Of a DNA stretch of 64,000 bases, positions 21,163 through 31,071 are shown in pieces. Made by a program: the position numbers and the translations under genes. Under the pieces are notes generated by a model. The model was given only the letters and a program-made list of their open reading frames with translations. It ran no database searches and was not told the DNA's origin. The stretch is from an uncultured delta proteobacterium. GTDB taxonomy: Bacteria > Myxococcota_A > Polyangia > Polyangiales > JAFGIB01. Within the stretch, counting starts at the first letter, position 1; every line of letters begins with the position of its first letter. The DNA is taken from the NCBI GenBank assembly GCA_963778655.1, contig CAVZVA010000011.1:160001-224000 (forward strand), written 5' to 3'.

Positions 21163-22521
21163 ATGGACAAGAGCGAGCTGAAGGAAGCGTTCGAGCAGCG
21201 CGGCATCCGGCGGGTCAAAGTGGGCGGCTTCGACCTCGACGGCGTGCTGCGCGGCAAGTACATCTCCGCCGACAAGCTGTGGTCGGCGCTCGACAAGGGC
21301 TTCGGCTTTTGCGACGTGATCTTCGGCTGGGACGTGAGCGACGTGCTGTACGACAACGCCAAGCTCACCGGCTGGCACACCGGCTACCCGGACACGCTCG
21401 CGAAGATCGACCTCTCGAGCTTCCGCGTGCTGCCCTCGGAGCCGGGCACCGCGCACCTGCTGTGCGACTTCTGGCAGGACACGGCGACGCCGCACCCTGC
21501 CTGCCCGCGCAACCTGCTCAAGACCGTCACCGCGCGCGCGCGCGCCGCCGGGTACGCCCCGCACTTCTCGGCCGAGTTCGAGTTCTGGCTCTTCCGCGAG
21601 TCGCCGCAGAGCCTGCACGAAAAGGGCTTCGCTGGGCTCGCGCCGCTCAGCCCGGGCATGTTCGGCTACTCCTGGGTGCGCGAGGGCCAGAACGCGGACC
21701 TGATCGAGGACGTGCTCGAGCAGATGGACGGCTACGGCATCGAGATCGAAGGCCTGCACACCGAGACCGGGCCCGGGGTGTACGAGGCGGCCATCCGCCA
21801 CACCGATCCGGTGCGCGCCGCGGACATGGCGGCGTTGTTCAAAGCCACGATGAAGATCCTGTGCGCGCGTCACGGCTGCAGCGTGACCTTCATGGCCAAG
21901 TGGAACCCGAGCCTGCCCGGCTCGAGCGGCCACATCCACCAGAGCCTGTTCGACGCCGCCGACGAGAACAACCTGTTCGCCGATCCCAAGGCGGAGCACG
22001 GCCTGAGCCAGCTCGGGCTGCGCTACCTCGCGGGCCTGGTCACGCTCTCGCCCGACCTGACGGCGATCTTTTCCCCCACCATCAACAGCTACAAGCGCTA
22101 CGTGCCCGGCATGTGGGCCCCGCTGAGCGCCTCGTGGGACGTCGAGAACCGCACCTGCTCGGTGCGCGTGATCAACGGGCCGGGCGCTTCCGCGACCCGG
22201 CTCGAGCTGCGCCAGACCGCGGCCGACATCAATCCCTACCTGGCGATGGCTGCCGCGCTCGCCGCCGGCTTGCACGGAATCGAGCGCGGGCTTGTGCCTC
22301 CGCCGCCGAGCCGCGGCGACGCCACCGCCGCCGTGCAGGCGCTGCGCTTCCCACAGAGCCTGGGCGCCGCCGCCGAGCTGCTGGCCAAGAGCGAGGCCGC
22401 TCGCCAGGTGTTGCCGGAGGCCTTCATCGATCACTACGTGCGCACCCGCGACTGGGAAGTCCGCCAACACGCCCGCAGCGTCAGCCAGTGGGAGCTCGAG
22501 CGCTATTTCGAAGCGATCTGA
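21163..22521 (+). CDS. Glutamine synthetase family protein (gamma-glutamyl-amine ligase-like)
   Basis: DLDGVLRGK, EFEFWLF, HTETGPGVYE, FMAKW..PGSSGHIHQS, NSYKRY, ENRTCSVRV, DINPYLA, WELERYFE. Confidence 0.9.
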   Translation: MDKSELKEAFEQRGIRRVKVGGFDLDGVLRGKYISADKLWSALDKGFGFCDVIFGWDVSDVLYDNAKLTGWHTGYPDTLAKIDLSSFRVLPSEPGTAHLLCDFWQDTATPHPACPRNLLKTVTARARAAGYAPHFSAEFEFWLFRESPQSLHEKGFAGLAPLSPGMFGYSWVREGQNADLIEDVLEQMDGYGIEIEGLHTETGPGVYEAAIRHTDPVRAADMAALFKATMKILCARHGCSVTFMAKWNPSLPGSSGHIHQSLFDAADENNLFADPKAEHGLSQLGLRYLAGLVTLSPDLTAIFSPTINSYKRYVPGMWAPLSASWDVENRTCSVRVINGPGASATRLELRQTAADINPYLAMAAALAAGLHGIERGLVPPPPSRGDATAAVQALRFPQSLGAAAELLAKSEAARQVLPEAFIDHYVRTRDWEVRQHARSVSQWELERYFEAI

Positions 22522-22545
22522 ATCGATCGAGAAAGCAGGTAGGCC

Positions 22546-23697
22546 ATGACGGTGGTGTGGAACTTCCCGACCCGCATCGTGTTCGGCGAGAACGCGGCCC
22601 AGCAGACCGCGCAGGAAGCGCTGCGGCTGCGCGGCAGCCGCGCGCTGATCGTGACCGACCCCGGCGTCGCGGGCGCCGGCCTGGCGGCGCGGATCGAGAA
22701 GGGGCTGCGCGAGCAGAACCTCGAGGCTGAGGTGTTCGACGGGGTCGAGGGCAATCCCACCGACGCGCACGCGCTGGCCGCCACCGAGGCCTACAAGCGC
22801 GCGCAGGCCGACATCGTGGTCGCCGTCGGCGGCGGCAGCGCCATCGATATCGGCAAGCTGGTGCGCCTGTGCGCGACCCACGACGGGCCGCTTTCGCAGT
22901 ACGACGACGCCAAGGGCGGCAGCGCGAAGATCGTCGCACCGCTGCCACCGATGATCGCGCTGCCGACCACCGCCGGCACCGGCAGCGAGGTGGGGCGCAG
23001 CGGCGTGGCGACCATGCGCGAGACCGGCAAGAAGACCATCTTCTTCGCGCCTGCGCTGATCCCGAGCGTGGCGATTCTCGATCCCGTGCTCACCGTCAGC
23101 ATGCCGCCGCCGGTCACCGCGGCGACCGGCTTCGACGCGCTCACCCACTGCGTCGAGTCGTTCTGCACCACCATGGATCACCCGATGGCCGATGCGATCG
23201 CGCTCGAGGGCGTGAAGCTGTGCGCCGCCTTCCTGCTGCGCGCGGCGCGCGAGGGCTCCGATTTGCAAGCGCGCGGCGGCATGCTCAAGGCGGCCTGCTT
23301 CGGCGCGGTGGCGTTCCAGAAGGGGCTCGGCGCGTGCCACTCGCTGGCGCACCCGCTCTCGGCGGAGAACGGCACCCACCACGGGCTGGCCAATGCGCTG
23401 TGCCTGCCGGCAGTGCTCGACTTCAATCGCAGCGCGGTGCCGGGCAAGCTGGCGCAAATCGCACGCGCGCTCGGCGTGCGCGCAGAGGATGACGAGACGC
23501 TGGCGTTCGAGTGCGCGGGCGCGGTGCGCGCGCTGCGCCAGAAGCTGGGGCTGCCCGAGAGCCTGCACGCGGCGGGCGTGACCCAAGCCGCGCTGCCGCG
23601 GCTCGCGGAGCTGGCCTTCGAGGACGTGTGCCACCAGGGGAACCCACGCCCCTGCACCCGCGACGACCTGCTCAGCCTGTACCAGAGCGCGTTCTAG
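22546..23697 (+). CDS. Iron-containing alcohol dehydrogenase
   Basis: AVGGGSAID, PTTAGTGSEV, GFDALTHCVES, CHSLAH..HHGLANA. Confidence 0.93.
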   Translation: MTVVWNFPTRIVFGENAAQQTAQEALRLRGSRALIVTDPGVAGAGLAARIEKGLREQNLEAEVFDGVEGNPTDAHALAATEAYKRAQADIVVAVGGGSAIDIGKLVRLCATHDGPLSQYDDAKGGSAKIVAPLPPMIALPTTAGTGSEVGRSGVATMRETGKKTIFFAPALIPSVAILDPVLTVSMPPPVTAATGFDALTHCVESFCTTMDHPMADAIALEGVKLCAAFLLRAAREGSDLQARGGMLKAACFGAVAFQKGLGACHSLAHPLSAENGTHHGLANALCLPAVLDFNRSAVPGKLAQIARALGVRAEDDETLAFECAGAVRALRQKLGLPESLHAAGVTQAALPRLAELAFEDVCHQGNPRPCTRDDLLSLYQSAF

Positions 23698-23732
23698 TGG
23701 CGGCAGCCAGGAAATCGCTCGTCCGAGGAATC

Positions 23733-23786
23733 CACAGCAAGGCGGCAAGAAGAAGCCTTGGATCAGTGCTTCCCGCCTTGCCGTGA
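23733..23786. repeat. Intergenic inverted-repeat element, family A (copy 3), between convergent genes
   Basis: CACAGCAAGGCGGCAAG ... CTTCCCGCCTTGCCGTG; the arms are 15/17 complementary. Confidence 0.65.
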
Positions 23787-23801
23787 ATCTTGTTGATCCC
23801 G

Positions 23802-24299
23802 TTACGGCTTGCGCGAGGGCCGCACGGGCTCGCTGAGCGAGACCACCGCGGCGCGCGTGAGGCTCTCGCGCAGGCGGTCGTCGTGGATGCGGGCGAGCTC
23901 GCGCGCGAGATCCTCGGGCAGATCGCGTAGCGGCAGCAGGCGTGGCTTGGGCCCCCTTGGCTCGATCGGCTCGGGCAGCTCCGGCAACTTGCCCACGCGA
24001 AACGCGATGCGCTGCACGGGCACGTCGGGCAGGCGCGCGCGCAACCGCGCCAGGATCTGGGCGCCCTCGAAGCTCAGGGCGTTGGCCCAGGCGTTGGTGG
24101 CGGTGTACACGGTCAGCACGCCGTTGCGGTAGGCCACCGGCCGGGCGTTGTCGAGAATGCGCCGCGAGACGACCTTGGACCAGCAGCCGAGCAGTCGCAT
24201 CGCGCGCGCCTCGTCGGGCTGCTGTGAGGGATAGACCTTGCCCACCAGCTCGCCCAGGGCCTGCATGCCCTCGCCGCGACCGCGCCGTCTTCTTCCCAT
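23802..24299 (-). CDS. DUF721/DciA family protein
   Basis: WSKVVSRRILDNARPVAYRNGVLTVYTATNAWANALSF..ILARL..IAFRVG pattern. Confidence 0.8.
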   Translation of the reverse strand: MGRRRRGRGEGMQALGELVGKVYPSQQPDEARAMRLLGCWSKVVSRRILDNARPVAYRNGVLTVYTATNAWANALSFEGAQILARLRARLPDVPVQRIAFRVGKLPELPEPIEPRGPKPRLLPLRDLPEDLARELARIHDDRLRESLTRAAVVSLSEPVRPSRKP

Positions 24300-24371
24300 G
24301 CAGCCCGAGCGTACCCCCGGGCCTGCCGCCGCGCCATCACACGGGCGCGCCGCCGAGGCGGCGCCTGCGGC

Positions 24372-24549
24372 TCAGCCCGTGCCCGCGTCGTTGTCCGCCG
24401 GCGGGGGCGGCTGCGGTGCGCACACGCTCGTGCCGCCCATGCCGAACAACCCGCCGCGCTGCTCGCAGGTGTAGCCCTCGCGGCACTGGTCGCCCGAGCG
24501 CGACCGTGATCCCGAGCACGAATCCGATCCGTGACGCCCGTGTACCCAT
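24372..24549 (-). pseudogene. Remnant of a small Cys-rich secreted protein: signal peptide joined out of frame to a C-terminal Cys motif
   Basis: MGTRASRIGFVLGITVALG, then in another frame DQCREGYTCEQRGGLFGMGGTSVCAPQPPPPADNDAGTG-stop. Length 178 nt, not a multiple of 3. Confidence 0.5.
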
Positions 24550-24672
24550 GGGCTTGCCTCCCAACTCTCTTACTGGACGGGACGCTACTCAGGCGCCCGG
24601 CGCTGCGAAAGCACCCATCATCTCCAGCCCAGAATCGGGACGCGCACACGCCGGCGCGGCCACACCCGGTCA

Positions 24673-25470
24673 TCAACGGGCGCAGGCAGCGCGCAGCGCG
24701 CTGACCAGCGCGCGCACGCCTGCAACCGCCTGCTCGGCGCCGGCACCGGCGCGCTCGATCTCGCTGCACACGGCGCTGCCGACCACCACGCCGTCCACCT
24801 GCGGAGCCAGCACGCGGGCGTCCTCGGGCGTCTTGACGCCGAAGCCCACCGCCACCGGCAAGCCCGTGCGCGCGCGCAGCTCGGCCGCCCGCCGCGCCGC
24901 CGCCGCGAGATCCGCGGCCGCGCCGGTCACCCCCGTCAACGACACGTAGTACAGGAATGCGCCGGCCGTGCGCGCGATCAGGTCCACGCGCGCGTCCGGC
25001 GTGGTCGGCGCCACCAGCGGCACGAAATCGAGCTGATGCGCGTGCAGCGCGGCCAGCAGCGAGCCGGCCTCTTCCGGCGGCAGGTCGACCACCAGCATGC
25101 CGTCGATGCCGGCCTGCGCGGCGGCGGCCGCCACGCGCTCCTCGCCGAAGGCCAGCAGTGGATTGTAGTAACCGAACAGCACGATGCCGGCGTCGGTGTG
25201 CGCGCGCACCTGCCGCACCGCGTCGAACACGCCCGCGAGCGTGGTGTGCGAGCGCAGCGCACGCTCGCTCGCTCGCTGGATCACCGGACCGTCGGCGGTC
25301 GGATCGCTGAACGGCATCCCCACCTCGATCACGTCCGCGCCCGCCTCGGCCGCCGCCCGCATCAGGCGCACCGTGGTCGCCAGATCGGGATCGCCCGCGC
25401 ACAGGTAGATCACCAGCGCTGCGCGCTGCTCGCGCCGCGCCCGGGCGAAGGCCGCCTCGAGCCTGCCCAT
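24673..25470 (-). CDS. trpA: Tryptophan synthase alpha chain
   Basis: YLCAGDP, IEVGMPFSDPTADGPVIQ, FGYYNP, VDLPPEE, YVSLTGVTG, VGFGV, GVVVGSA; start overlaps the trpB stop. Confidence 0.97.
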   Translation of the reverse strand: MGRLEAAFARARREQRAALVIYLCAGDPDLATTVRLMRAAAEAGADVIEVGMPFSDPTADGPVIQRASERALRSHTTLAGVFDAVRQVRAHTDAGIVLFGYYNPLLAFGEERVAAAAAQAGIDGMLVVDLPPEEAGSLLAALHAHQLDFVPLVAPTTPDARVDLIARTAGAFLYYVSLTGVTGAAADLAAAARRAAELRARTGLPVAVGFGVKTPEDARVLAPQVDGVVVGSAVCSEIERAGAGAEQAVAGVRALVSALRAACAR

Positions 25471-26672
25471 CAGCGGCCCTCCTCCTCGGCGTCGAAGCGA
25501 TCGAGCACCGTCTGCAGGTCTTTGTCGCCGCGACCGGAAAGGCACACGACCACATGCTTGCTCGGATCGAGCTGCCCGGAGAGCCGCGTCAGGTACGCCA
25601 GCGCGTGGCTGCTCTCGAGCGCGGGGATGATGCCCTCGAGCCGGCACAGCGTGCGGAAGGCGTCGAGCGCCTCGCGATCGGTGACGGAGTGGTACTCGGC
25701 GCGGCCGCTGTCCTTGAGCCAGGCGTGCTCGGGGCCGACCGAGGGGTAGTCGAGGCCGGCGCTGATCGAGTGGGTCTCCTTGATCTGTCCGCCCTCGTCC
25801 TGCAGCACGTAGCTGCGCATGCCGTGCAGCACGCCGTGGCTGCCCTGACCCAGCGTGGCGGCGTGGCGGCCGCTCTCGATGCCCTCCCCGGCCGCCTCCA
25901 CGCCGATCAGGCGCACCTGCTCGTGCGGGATGAACTCCGCGAAGCTGCCGAGCGCGTTGGAGCCGCCGCCCACGCAGGCCAGCACCACGTCCGGCAGCCG
26001 GCCGGTCTTCTCCAGGATCTGGCGCTTGGCCTCCACGCTGATCACGCGCTGAAACTCGCGCACGATCGCCGGATAGGGGTGCGGCCCCGCCACCGTGCCC
26101 ACGCAGTAATAGGTGCTCGCGACGTGCGTGACCCAGTCGCGCATGGCCTCGTTCATCGCGTCCTTGAGCGTGCGGCTGCCGGATTGCACCGCAGTCACCT
26201 TGGCCCCGAGCAGGTGCATGCGGCGCACGTTGGGCGCCTGGCGCCGCACGTCCTCGGCACCCATGAACACCTCGCACTGCAGCCCGAGCAGCGCCGCGCC
26301 GGTGGCGCTGGCCACGCCGTGCTGGCCGGCGCCGGTCTCCGCGATCACGCGCGGCTTGCCCATGCGCTTGGCCAGCAGGATCTGGCCGAGCACGTTGTTC
26401 ATCTTGTGCGCGCCGGTGTGGCACAGATCCTCGCGCTTGAGCCAAACCGAGAAGCCGACGCGCTCCGAGAGCCGCTCGGCAAAGTACAGCGGCGTCGGCC
26501 GCCCGACGTAGTCGGCCAGCAGCATGCGCCTGCGCGCCTCGAAGCTCGGATCGGCCAGCGCCCGGCGAAACGCCTGCTCCAGCTCCTCGAGCGCCGGCAT
26601 CAAGGTCTCGGCGACGTAGCGGCCGCCGAATGGTCCGTAGTTGGCTGCGAGCTTGGCGGGCGTTTCGGGCAT
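25470..26672 (-). CDS. trpB: Tryptophan synthase beta chain
   Basis: [74 protein letters not shown]. Confidence 0.98.
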   Translation of the reverse strand: MPETPAKLAANYGPFGGRYVAETLMPALEELEQAFRRALADPSFEARRRMLLADYVGRPTPLYFAERLSERVGFSVWLKREDLCHTGAHKMNNVLGQILLAKRMGKPRVIAETGAGQHGVASATGAALLGLQCEVFMGAEDVRRQAPNVRRMHLLGAKVTAVQSGSRTLKDAMNEAMRDWVTHVASTYYCVGTVAGPHPYPAIVREFQRVISVEAKRQILEKTGRLPDVVLACVGGGSNALGSFAEFIPHEQVRLIGVEAAGEGIESGRHAATLGQGSHGVLHGMRSYVLQDEGGQIKETHSISAGLDYPSVGPEHAWLKDSGRAEYHSVTDREALDAFRTLCRLEGIIPALESSHALAYLTRLSGQLDPSKHVVVCLSGRGDKDLQTVLDRFDAEEEGR

Positions 26673-26705
26673 CGGGTGCGGACTCGCGTGCGACTTTGGA
26701 GCTTC

Positions 26706-26732
26706 AACAGGAGGGCGGCAAGACGGGAAGGA
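26706..26732. repeat. Family A element, left arm only (copy 4), between trpF and trpB
   Basis: AACAGGAGGGCGGCAAGACGGGAAGGA matches the copy 1 and 2 left arms. Confidence 0.6.
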
Positions 26733-26763
26733 AACCAAGGTTACGAAAGGCGGGCATTGAAGG

Positions 26764-27390
26764 CTACTCGGCGGCGCTTGGCAAGCCCTTGGCCGCGGCG
26801 ATGAAGGCCCGCACGCGCGCCGCGTCCTTGCTGCCGGGGGCGCTCTCGACGCCGCTGGCCACGTCCACGCAGAAGGGCTGAACGCAGGCCACCGCCTGCG
26901 CCACGTTGTCCGGATCGAGGCCGCCGGCCAGCGTGACGCGGCGCTCGCGCGCCAGCTCCACCGCCAGCTCCCAGCGAAACGCTCGGCCGGTACCACCGGG
27001 CTGCCCGGGCACGAACGCGTCGAGCAGGATGTGCTCGCCGGCGTAGCGCCGCGCCTGTTGCAGCGAGCCCGCGTCGCGCACCCGAATCGCCTTGAAGGCG
27101 TGCGGCAGCAAGGCCTGCAGCAGCTCGGCCGGCTCGTCGCCGTGCAGCTGTACGCAGGCGATGCCGGTACGCGCCTTGACCTCCGCGATGCGCGCGAGGC
27201 TCGCGTCCACGAACACGCCCACGGTCAGCGCGCGCCCGGCCACCGCCTCGACGATGCGCGCGGCCTCGTCCACGGCCACGCAGCGCGGCGAGCCCGGATG
27301 AAAGTTGAGCCCGATCGCGTCGGCGCCCACGGCCACGCACAGCTCCGCGTCCGCAACACGCGTGACCCCGCAGATCTTGACCGCCGTCAT
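26764..27390 (-). CDS. trpF: Phosphoribosylanthranilate isomerase
   Basis: [45 protein letters not shown]. Confidence 0.96.
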   Translation of the reverse strand: MTAVKICGVTRVADAELCVAVGADAIGLNFHPGSPRCVAVDEAARIVEAVAGRALTVGVFVDASLARIAEVKARTGIACVQLHGDEPAELLQALLPHAFKAIRVRDAGSLQQARRYAGEHILLDAFVPGQPGGTGRAFRWELAVELARERRVTLAGGLDPDNVAQAVACVQPFCVDVASGVESAPGSKDAARVRAFIAAAKGLPSAAE

Positions 27391-27734
27391 CCGCGAACGG
27401 TAGCGGGCGGGCAATTGTGGGGCAAGGTGACGGCCCGGCGAGGCTTGCGGCGCATTGCGTTGTTGAAGTCGAGGGCGACTCTGGGGCAAGGTCGACGGGT
27501 CTGGTGCTGCTGGGCGCTCGCGGGGGACCGGGCGGGGCCTTTTGCGCGTGCCAAGCGACAGCGGGCAAAGCCACGCTTGGCGCGCGCAAAAAGGGCGGTT
27601 TGCGCGGCGTAGGGAGCGATCCTGGATACGGGGCCGCCGCGCATTGCAAGCCGCCCGTGCCCCCGCCCGGCCCCCCGACCCCGCGCGGCCGCCCAGGAGC
27701 ACAGGCCGAGGAGGCGCTTGCTCGCGGCCGCCCC

Positions 27735-28112
27735 CTATTCGATCGCGAGCAGCTCCTTGACCTTGGCGATCACCAGCGGCGCCTGGATCGGCTTGGTGAT
27801 GTAGCCGGTCGCGCCCAGCGCCAGTGCGCGGCTGCGGTCCTCGTCCGAGCCCTCGGTGCTGATCACCAGGATCGGCACGTGCTTGTGCTTCTCGTCCATG
27901 CGCACGCGGCGGATCAGCTTGAGCCCGTCCATCACCGGCATGTTGATGTCGGTGATGACCAGGTCGAAGCGCTCCTTGGTCAGCTTCTGCAGGCCCACGA
28001 TGCCGTCGTCGGCCTCGGTCACCTGCAGGCTCTTGATGCGCGAGAGCGCGTGCACGATGAGCTGCCGCATCATCGGCGAATCCTCGACCACCAGGCATGC
28101 GAACTCAGTCAT
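27735..28112 (-). CDS. cheY: Single-domain response regulator CheY
   Basis: VVEDS, ITDINMPVMDG, ISTEG, YITKPI; last gene of the che cluster. Confidence 0.9.
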   Translation of the reverse strand: MTEFACLVVEDSPMMRQLIVHALSRIKSLQVTEADDGIVGLQKLTKERFDLVITDINMPVMDGLKLIRRVRMDEKHKHVPILVISTEGSDEDRSRALALGATGYITKPIQAPLVIAKVKELLAIE

Positions 28113-28124
28113 CGCTTGTCCACC

Positions 28125-29189
28125 CTACGATGACACGAGCTGGCGCACTCGCGCTACGAGCTCGTGCAGCGGCAGCACCTCGTCCACACAACCAGTCTGG
28201 ACCGCGGCCTTGGGCATGCCGTAGACCACCGCGGTATGCTCGGCTTCGCACAGCACGCGCCCTCCTGCTTGCTTGATCTCGACCACCCCTTTGGCCGCGT
28301 CGTCCCCCATGCCGGTCAGCACCACCGCCACCGCCCGCTCGCCCATCGCCCGCGCGACGCTGCCGAACAGCCGATCGGCCGAAGGCGCGTAGCGATCGGC
28401 GGGCGAGGGCCGCACCACGCGTGCGAACAGGCGCTCGCCGCGCCGCTCGAGCTCCAGGCAGCGCCCGCCGGGGCAGACCAGCGCGCTGTGCGGGTACAGC
28501 TCGAACTGCTGCTCGGCCTCGCGCACGTGAAACGTGCTCTGCTTGTCCAGGCGTTCGGCAAAGGTGCGGGTAAAGCGCTCGGGCATGTGCTGGGCCACGA
28601 CGATCGCGCCCGTGCCGGTCGGAGGCAAGGCCGAAAACAGCTCCATCAGCGCGCTCGGGCCGCCGGTCGAGGCCGCGATCGCCAGCACGCGGCTGGGCAG
28701 ACCCGGGCTCGGCGCCAGAGCGGGCTGGGACGCATCCGCCGTGATCGGCCGCGAGACGTTGCGGCGGGGCGTGACGCCGGAGCGCGAGAGCTGCTTGACC
28801 ACGTCGATCATGCGGTCGAGCTGGAGCTTGAGCTGCTGCGCGCCGCTGGAATCGCGCTCCACGCTCTCGTCGGGCTTGGCGATGAAGTCGATCGCGCCCA
28901 GCTCGAGCGCGCGAAACACCTTGTCCTTGGCCGAGTGGCTCGAGATCACGATCACCGGCGTCGGCCGGCTGGCCATCAGCAACCTCAGAAAGGTGAAGCC
29001 GTCCATGCGCGGCATCTCGAGGTCGAGCGTGATCAGATCGGGCTCGAGCTCGGCCGAGAGCCGCAGCGCCTGCTCGCCATCGACCGCGGTGCCCACCACC
29101 TCGACTCCGGCAGTCGCACGCAGCAGGTCGCCGAGCGTACGCCGGTTCAGCGCCGAATCATCGACCACCAGCACGCGCAAGCTCCTCAT
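28125..29189 (-). CDS. cheB: Chemotaxis methylesterase CheB (REC plus esterase)
   Basis: TLDLEMPRMDG; catalytic motifs ASTGGP, QHMP, LTGMGDD. Confidence 0.95.
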   Translation of the reverse strand: MRSLRVLVVDDSALNRRTLGDLLRATAGVEVVGTAVDGEQALRLSAELEPDLITLDLEMPRMDGFTFLRLLMASRPTPVIVISSHSAKDKVFRALELGAIDFIAKPDESVERDSSGAQQLKLQLDRMIDVVKQLSRSGVTPRRNVSRPITADASQPALAPSPGLPSRVLAIAASTGGPSALMELFSALPPTGTGAIVVAQHMPERFTRTFAERLDKQSTFHVREAEQQFELYPHSALVCPGGRCLELERRGERLFARVVRPSPADRYAPSADRLFGSVARAMGERAVAVVLTGMGDDAAKGVVEIKQAGGRVLCEAEHTAVVYGMPKAAVQTGCVDEVLPLHELVARVRQLVSS

Positions 29190-30061
29190 CGAGACCTCGG
29201 CAACATCACGAATGTGCGCTGCGGCTTGCGGTACACCAGCTCGCCGCCGAGCTGGACCGGCTCGAAGGCGGTATCGGTGCGGAACAGGGACTCACTGTGG
29301 CCGAGCATCAGGAAGCCGCCCGGCTGTAACCGATCGTAGAACATCGCGATCACCTTGCGCCTCGCGGCGTCGTCGAAGTAGATCAGCACGTTGCGGCAGA
29401 AGATCGCGTCCACGTGCCCCATCATCGCCGTGCGCGAGGCGTCGAGCAGGTTGAGCTGACCGAAACGGCACATCGCCCGGATCGCCGGCTCGACCTCGCG
29501 GCCCTCCGAGGTCTCGATGAAGTGCCGGTCGTAGTCGCTCGGCATCGAGCGGAAGCTGGCACTGCGGTACACGCCCTTGCGGGCAATCTGCAGCACGCGG
29601 CGGCTGATGTCGCTGCCGAACACCCGCCGCGACAGGTCGGCGAACGACGCGACACGCGCCAGCAGGATCGCGAGGGTGTAGACCTCCTCGCCGCTGGAGC
29701 AGCCCGCGCTCCAGACCGTGAGGCTGCGCCGCTGGCGGCACGACGCCAGCAGCTCGGGCAGCACTTGCTGCTCGAACACGCGCAGCTGCGATTGCTCGCG
29801 AAAGAAGTAGGTCTCGTTGGTCGCGACCAGCTCCGCGGCGCGCTCGATCTCGGCCGGGCCGCGCTCGTCAGCGCGCAGATAGGCCGCATATTGCCCGAAG
29901 CTCTCCAGGCCCAGGGCCTCCAGCCGCTCGGCCAAGCGGCGCTCCACCGCATCGCGCGCGTCGTCGCCCAGCTTGAGCCCGCAGAAGCCTCCGATCAGCT
30001 GCCCGATGCGCTGCAGCTCGTCGAGCTGCAGCCGCGGGAGCTGTCTGCGCAGATCGCTCAT
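29186..30061 (-). CDS. cheR: Chemotaxis methyltransferase CheR
   Basis: TNETYFFRE, WSAGCSSGEEVYTLA, IFCRNVLIYF, LGHSESL. Confidence 0.95.
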   Translation of the reverse strand: MSDLRRQLPRLQLDELQRIGQLIGGFCGLKLGDDARDAVERRLAERLEALGLESFGQYAAYLRADERGPAEIERAAELVATNETYFFREQSQLRVFEQQVLPELLASCRQRRSLTVWSAGCSSGEEVYTLAILLARVASFADLSRRVFGSDISRRVLQIARKGVYRSASFRSMPSDYDRHFIETSEGREVEPAIRAMCRFGQLNLLDASRTAMMGHVDAIFCRNVLIYFDDAARRKVIAMFYDRLQPGGFLMLGHSESLFRTDTAFEPVQLGGELVYRKPQRTFVMLPRSR

Positions 30062-30558
30062 CCCCGCGCGCTCCCCTGCGCTGCGGGCTCGCCGGGCAAC
30101 GCGATCCGCTCCGCGATCGAGGTCAGCTCGTCGGCATCGAGCACGAACACCAGCTGGTCCCGATAGGCATAGGCGGCCTTCACGCCGCGCGGGCGGGCCG
30201 CATCACCCTCGTCCGAGAGCTCTCGGCGTTGCGACTCGCTCACGCCGAACACGTCGGTCACGCGATCCACCGCGAGGCCAAGCAGGCGTTCGCCGCGGGT
30301 CGCGATGATCCAGCGCACGTCCTTGTCGCGCCCGACCTGCGCCGCGGCAAAGCGCTTGCGCAGGTCGAGGATCGGCACGACGTCGCCCCGGTGGTCGACC
30401 ACACCGATCACACCGTCGGGCAAGTGCGGCAGCGGCAGCACCTGCACCGGGCGCACGATCTCGCGCACGCGGCCGACCTCGAGCCCGTAGCTGATGCCGC
30501 CGACCTCGAAGGTCACCAGATTCTTCCCGGAAATCACGCGCGATCGACGTTGCCTCAT
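30058..30558 (-). CDS. cheW: CheW coupling protein
   Basis: VTFEVGGISYG..VREI..LPHLPDGVIGVVDHRGDVVPILDL..GLAVDRV. Confidence 0.9.
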   Translation of the reverse strand: MRQRRSRVISGKNLVTFEVGGISYGLEVGRVREIVRPVQVLPLPHLPDGVIGVVDHRGDVVPILDLRKRFAAAQVGRDKDVRWIIATRGERLLGLAVDRVTDVFGVSESQRRELSDEGDAARPRGVKAAYAYRDQLVFVLDADELTSIAERIALPGEPAAQGSARG

Positions 30559-30567
30559 ACCTGGACG

Positions 30568-31071
30568 TCAGCTCCGCAACAGCGCGCTCGGATCGAGCAG
30601 CAGCAGGATCTCGCCGGCATCGGCGGTGCCGGCCGGCCGCCCGATGCCGAGCAGGTAGGGCGGAGCCTGCGGTCCGAGCACCGAGGCAAGCTCGATCTCC
30701 TCGGGTTGCAGGCGGTGCACCTGCAACACGGAGTCGACCAGAATGCCCAGCACCTCGCCGCCATGGTCGACCAGCAGGACCCGGCTCTTGCCGCCCATCA
30801 ACGGCTGGTCGACCCGCAGCTTGCGCCGCAGATCGATCAGGGTGGTAACCGCGCCGCGCACCGAGATTACCCCCAGCACCTCGTCGGGGCTGCGCGGCAC
30901 CTCGGTGATCACCGGCACGCGTACGATCTCGCGCACGCACGACAGCGGCAGCGCGTAGCGCTCCATACCGAGCTCGAAGGCCAGCAGCTCCCGCACGTGC
31001 CCGCCGCCGTCCGGGGCGAGCGGGGCGCCACCGGTCCGCTGGATGACCGCGCCGCCGCCGGGCTCGCTCAC
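30568..31071 (-). CDS. cheW: Second CheW coupling protein
   Basis: LAFELGMERYALP..VREI..VPRSPDEVLGVISVRGAVTTLIDL..GILVDSV; GTG start overlaps the cheA stop. Confidence 0.9.
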   Translation of the reverse strand: MSEPGGGAVIQRTGGAPLAPDGGGHVRELLAFELGMERYALPLSCVREIVRVPVITEVPRSPDEVLGVISVRGAVTTLIDLRRKLRVDQPLMGGKSRVLLVDHGGEVLGILVDSVLQVHRLQPEEIELASVLGPQAPPYLLGIGRPAGTADAGEILLLLDPSALLRS

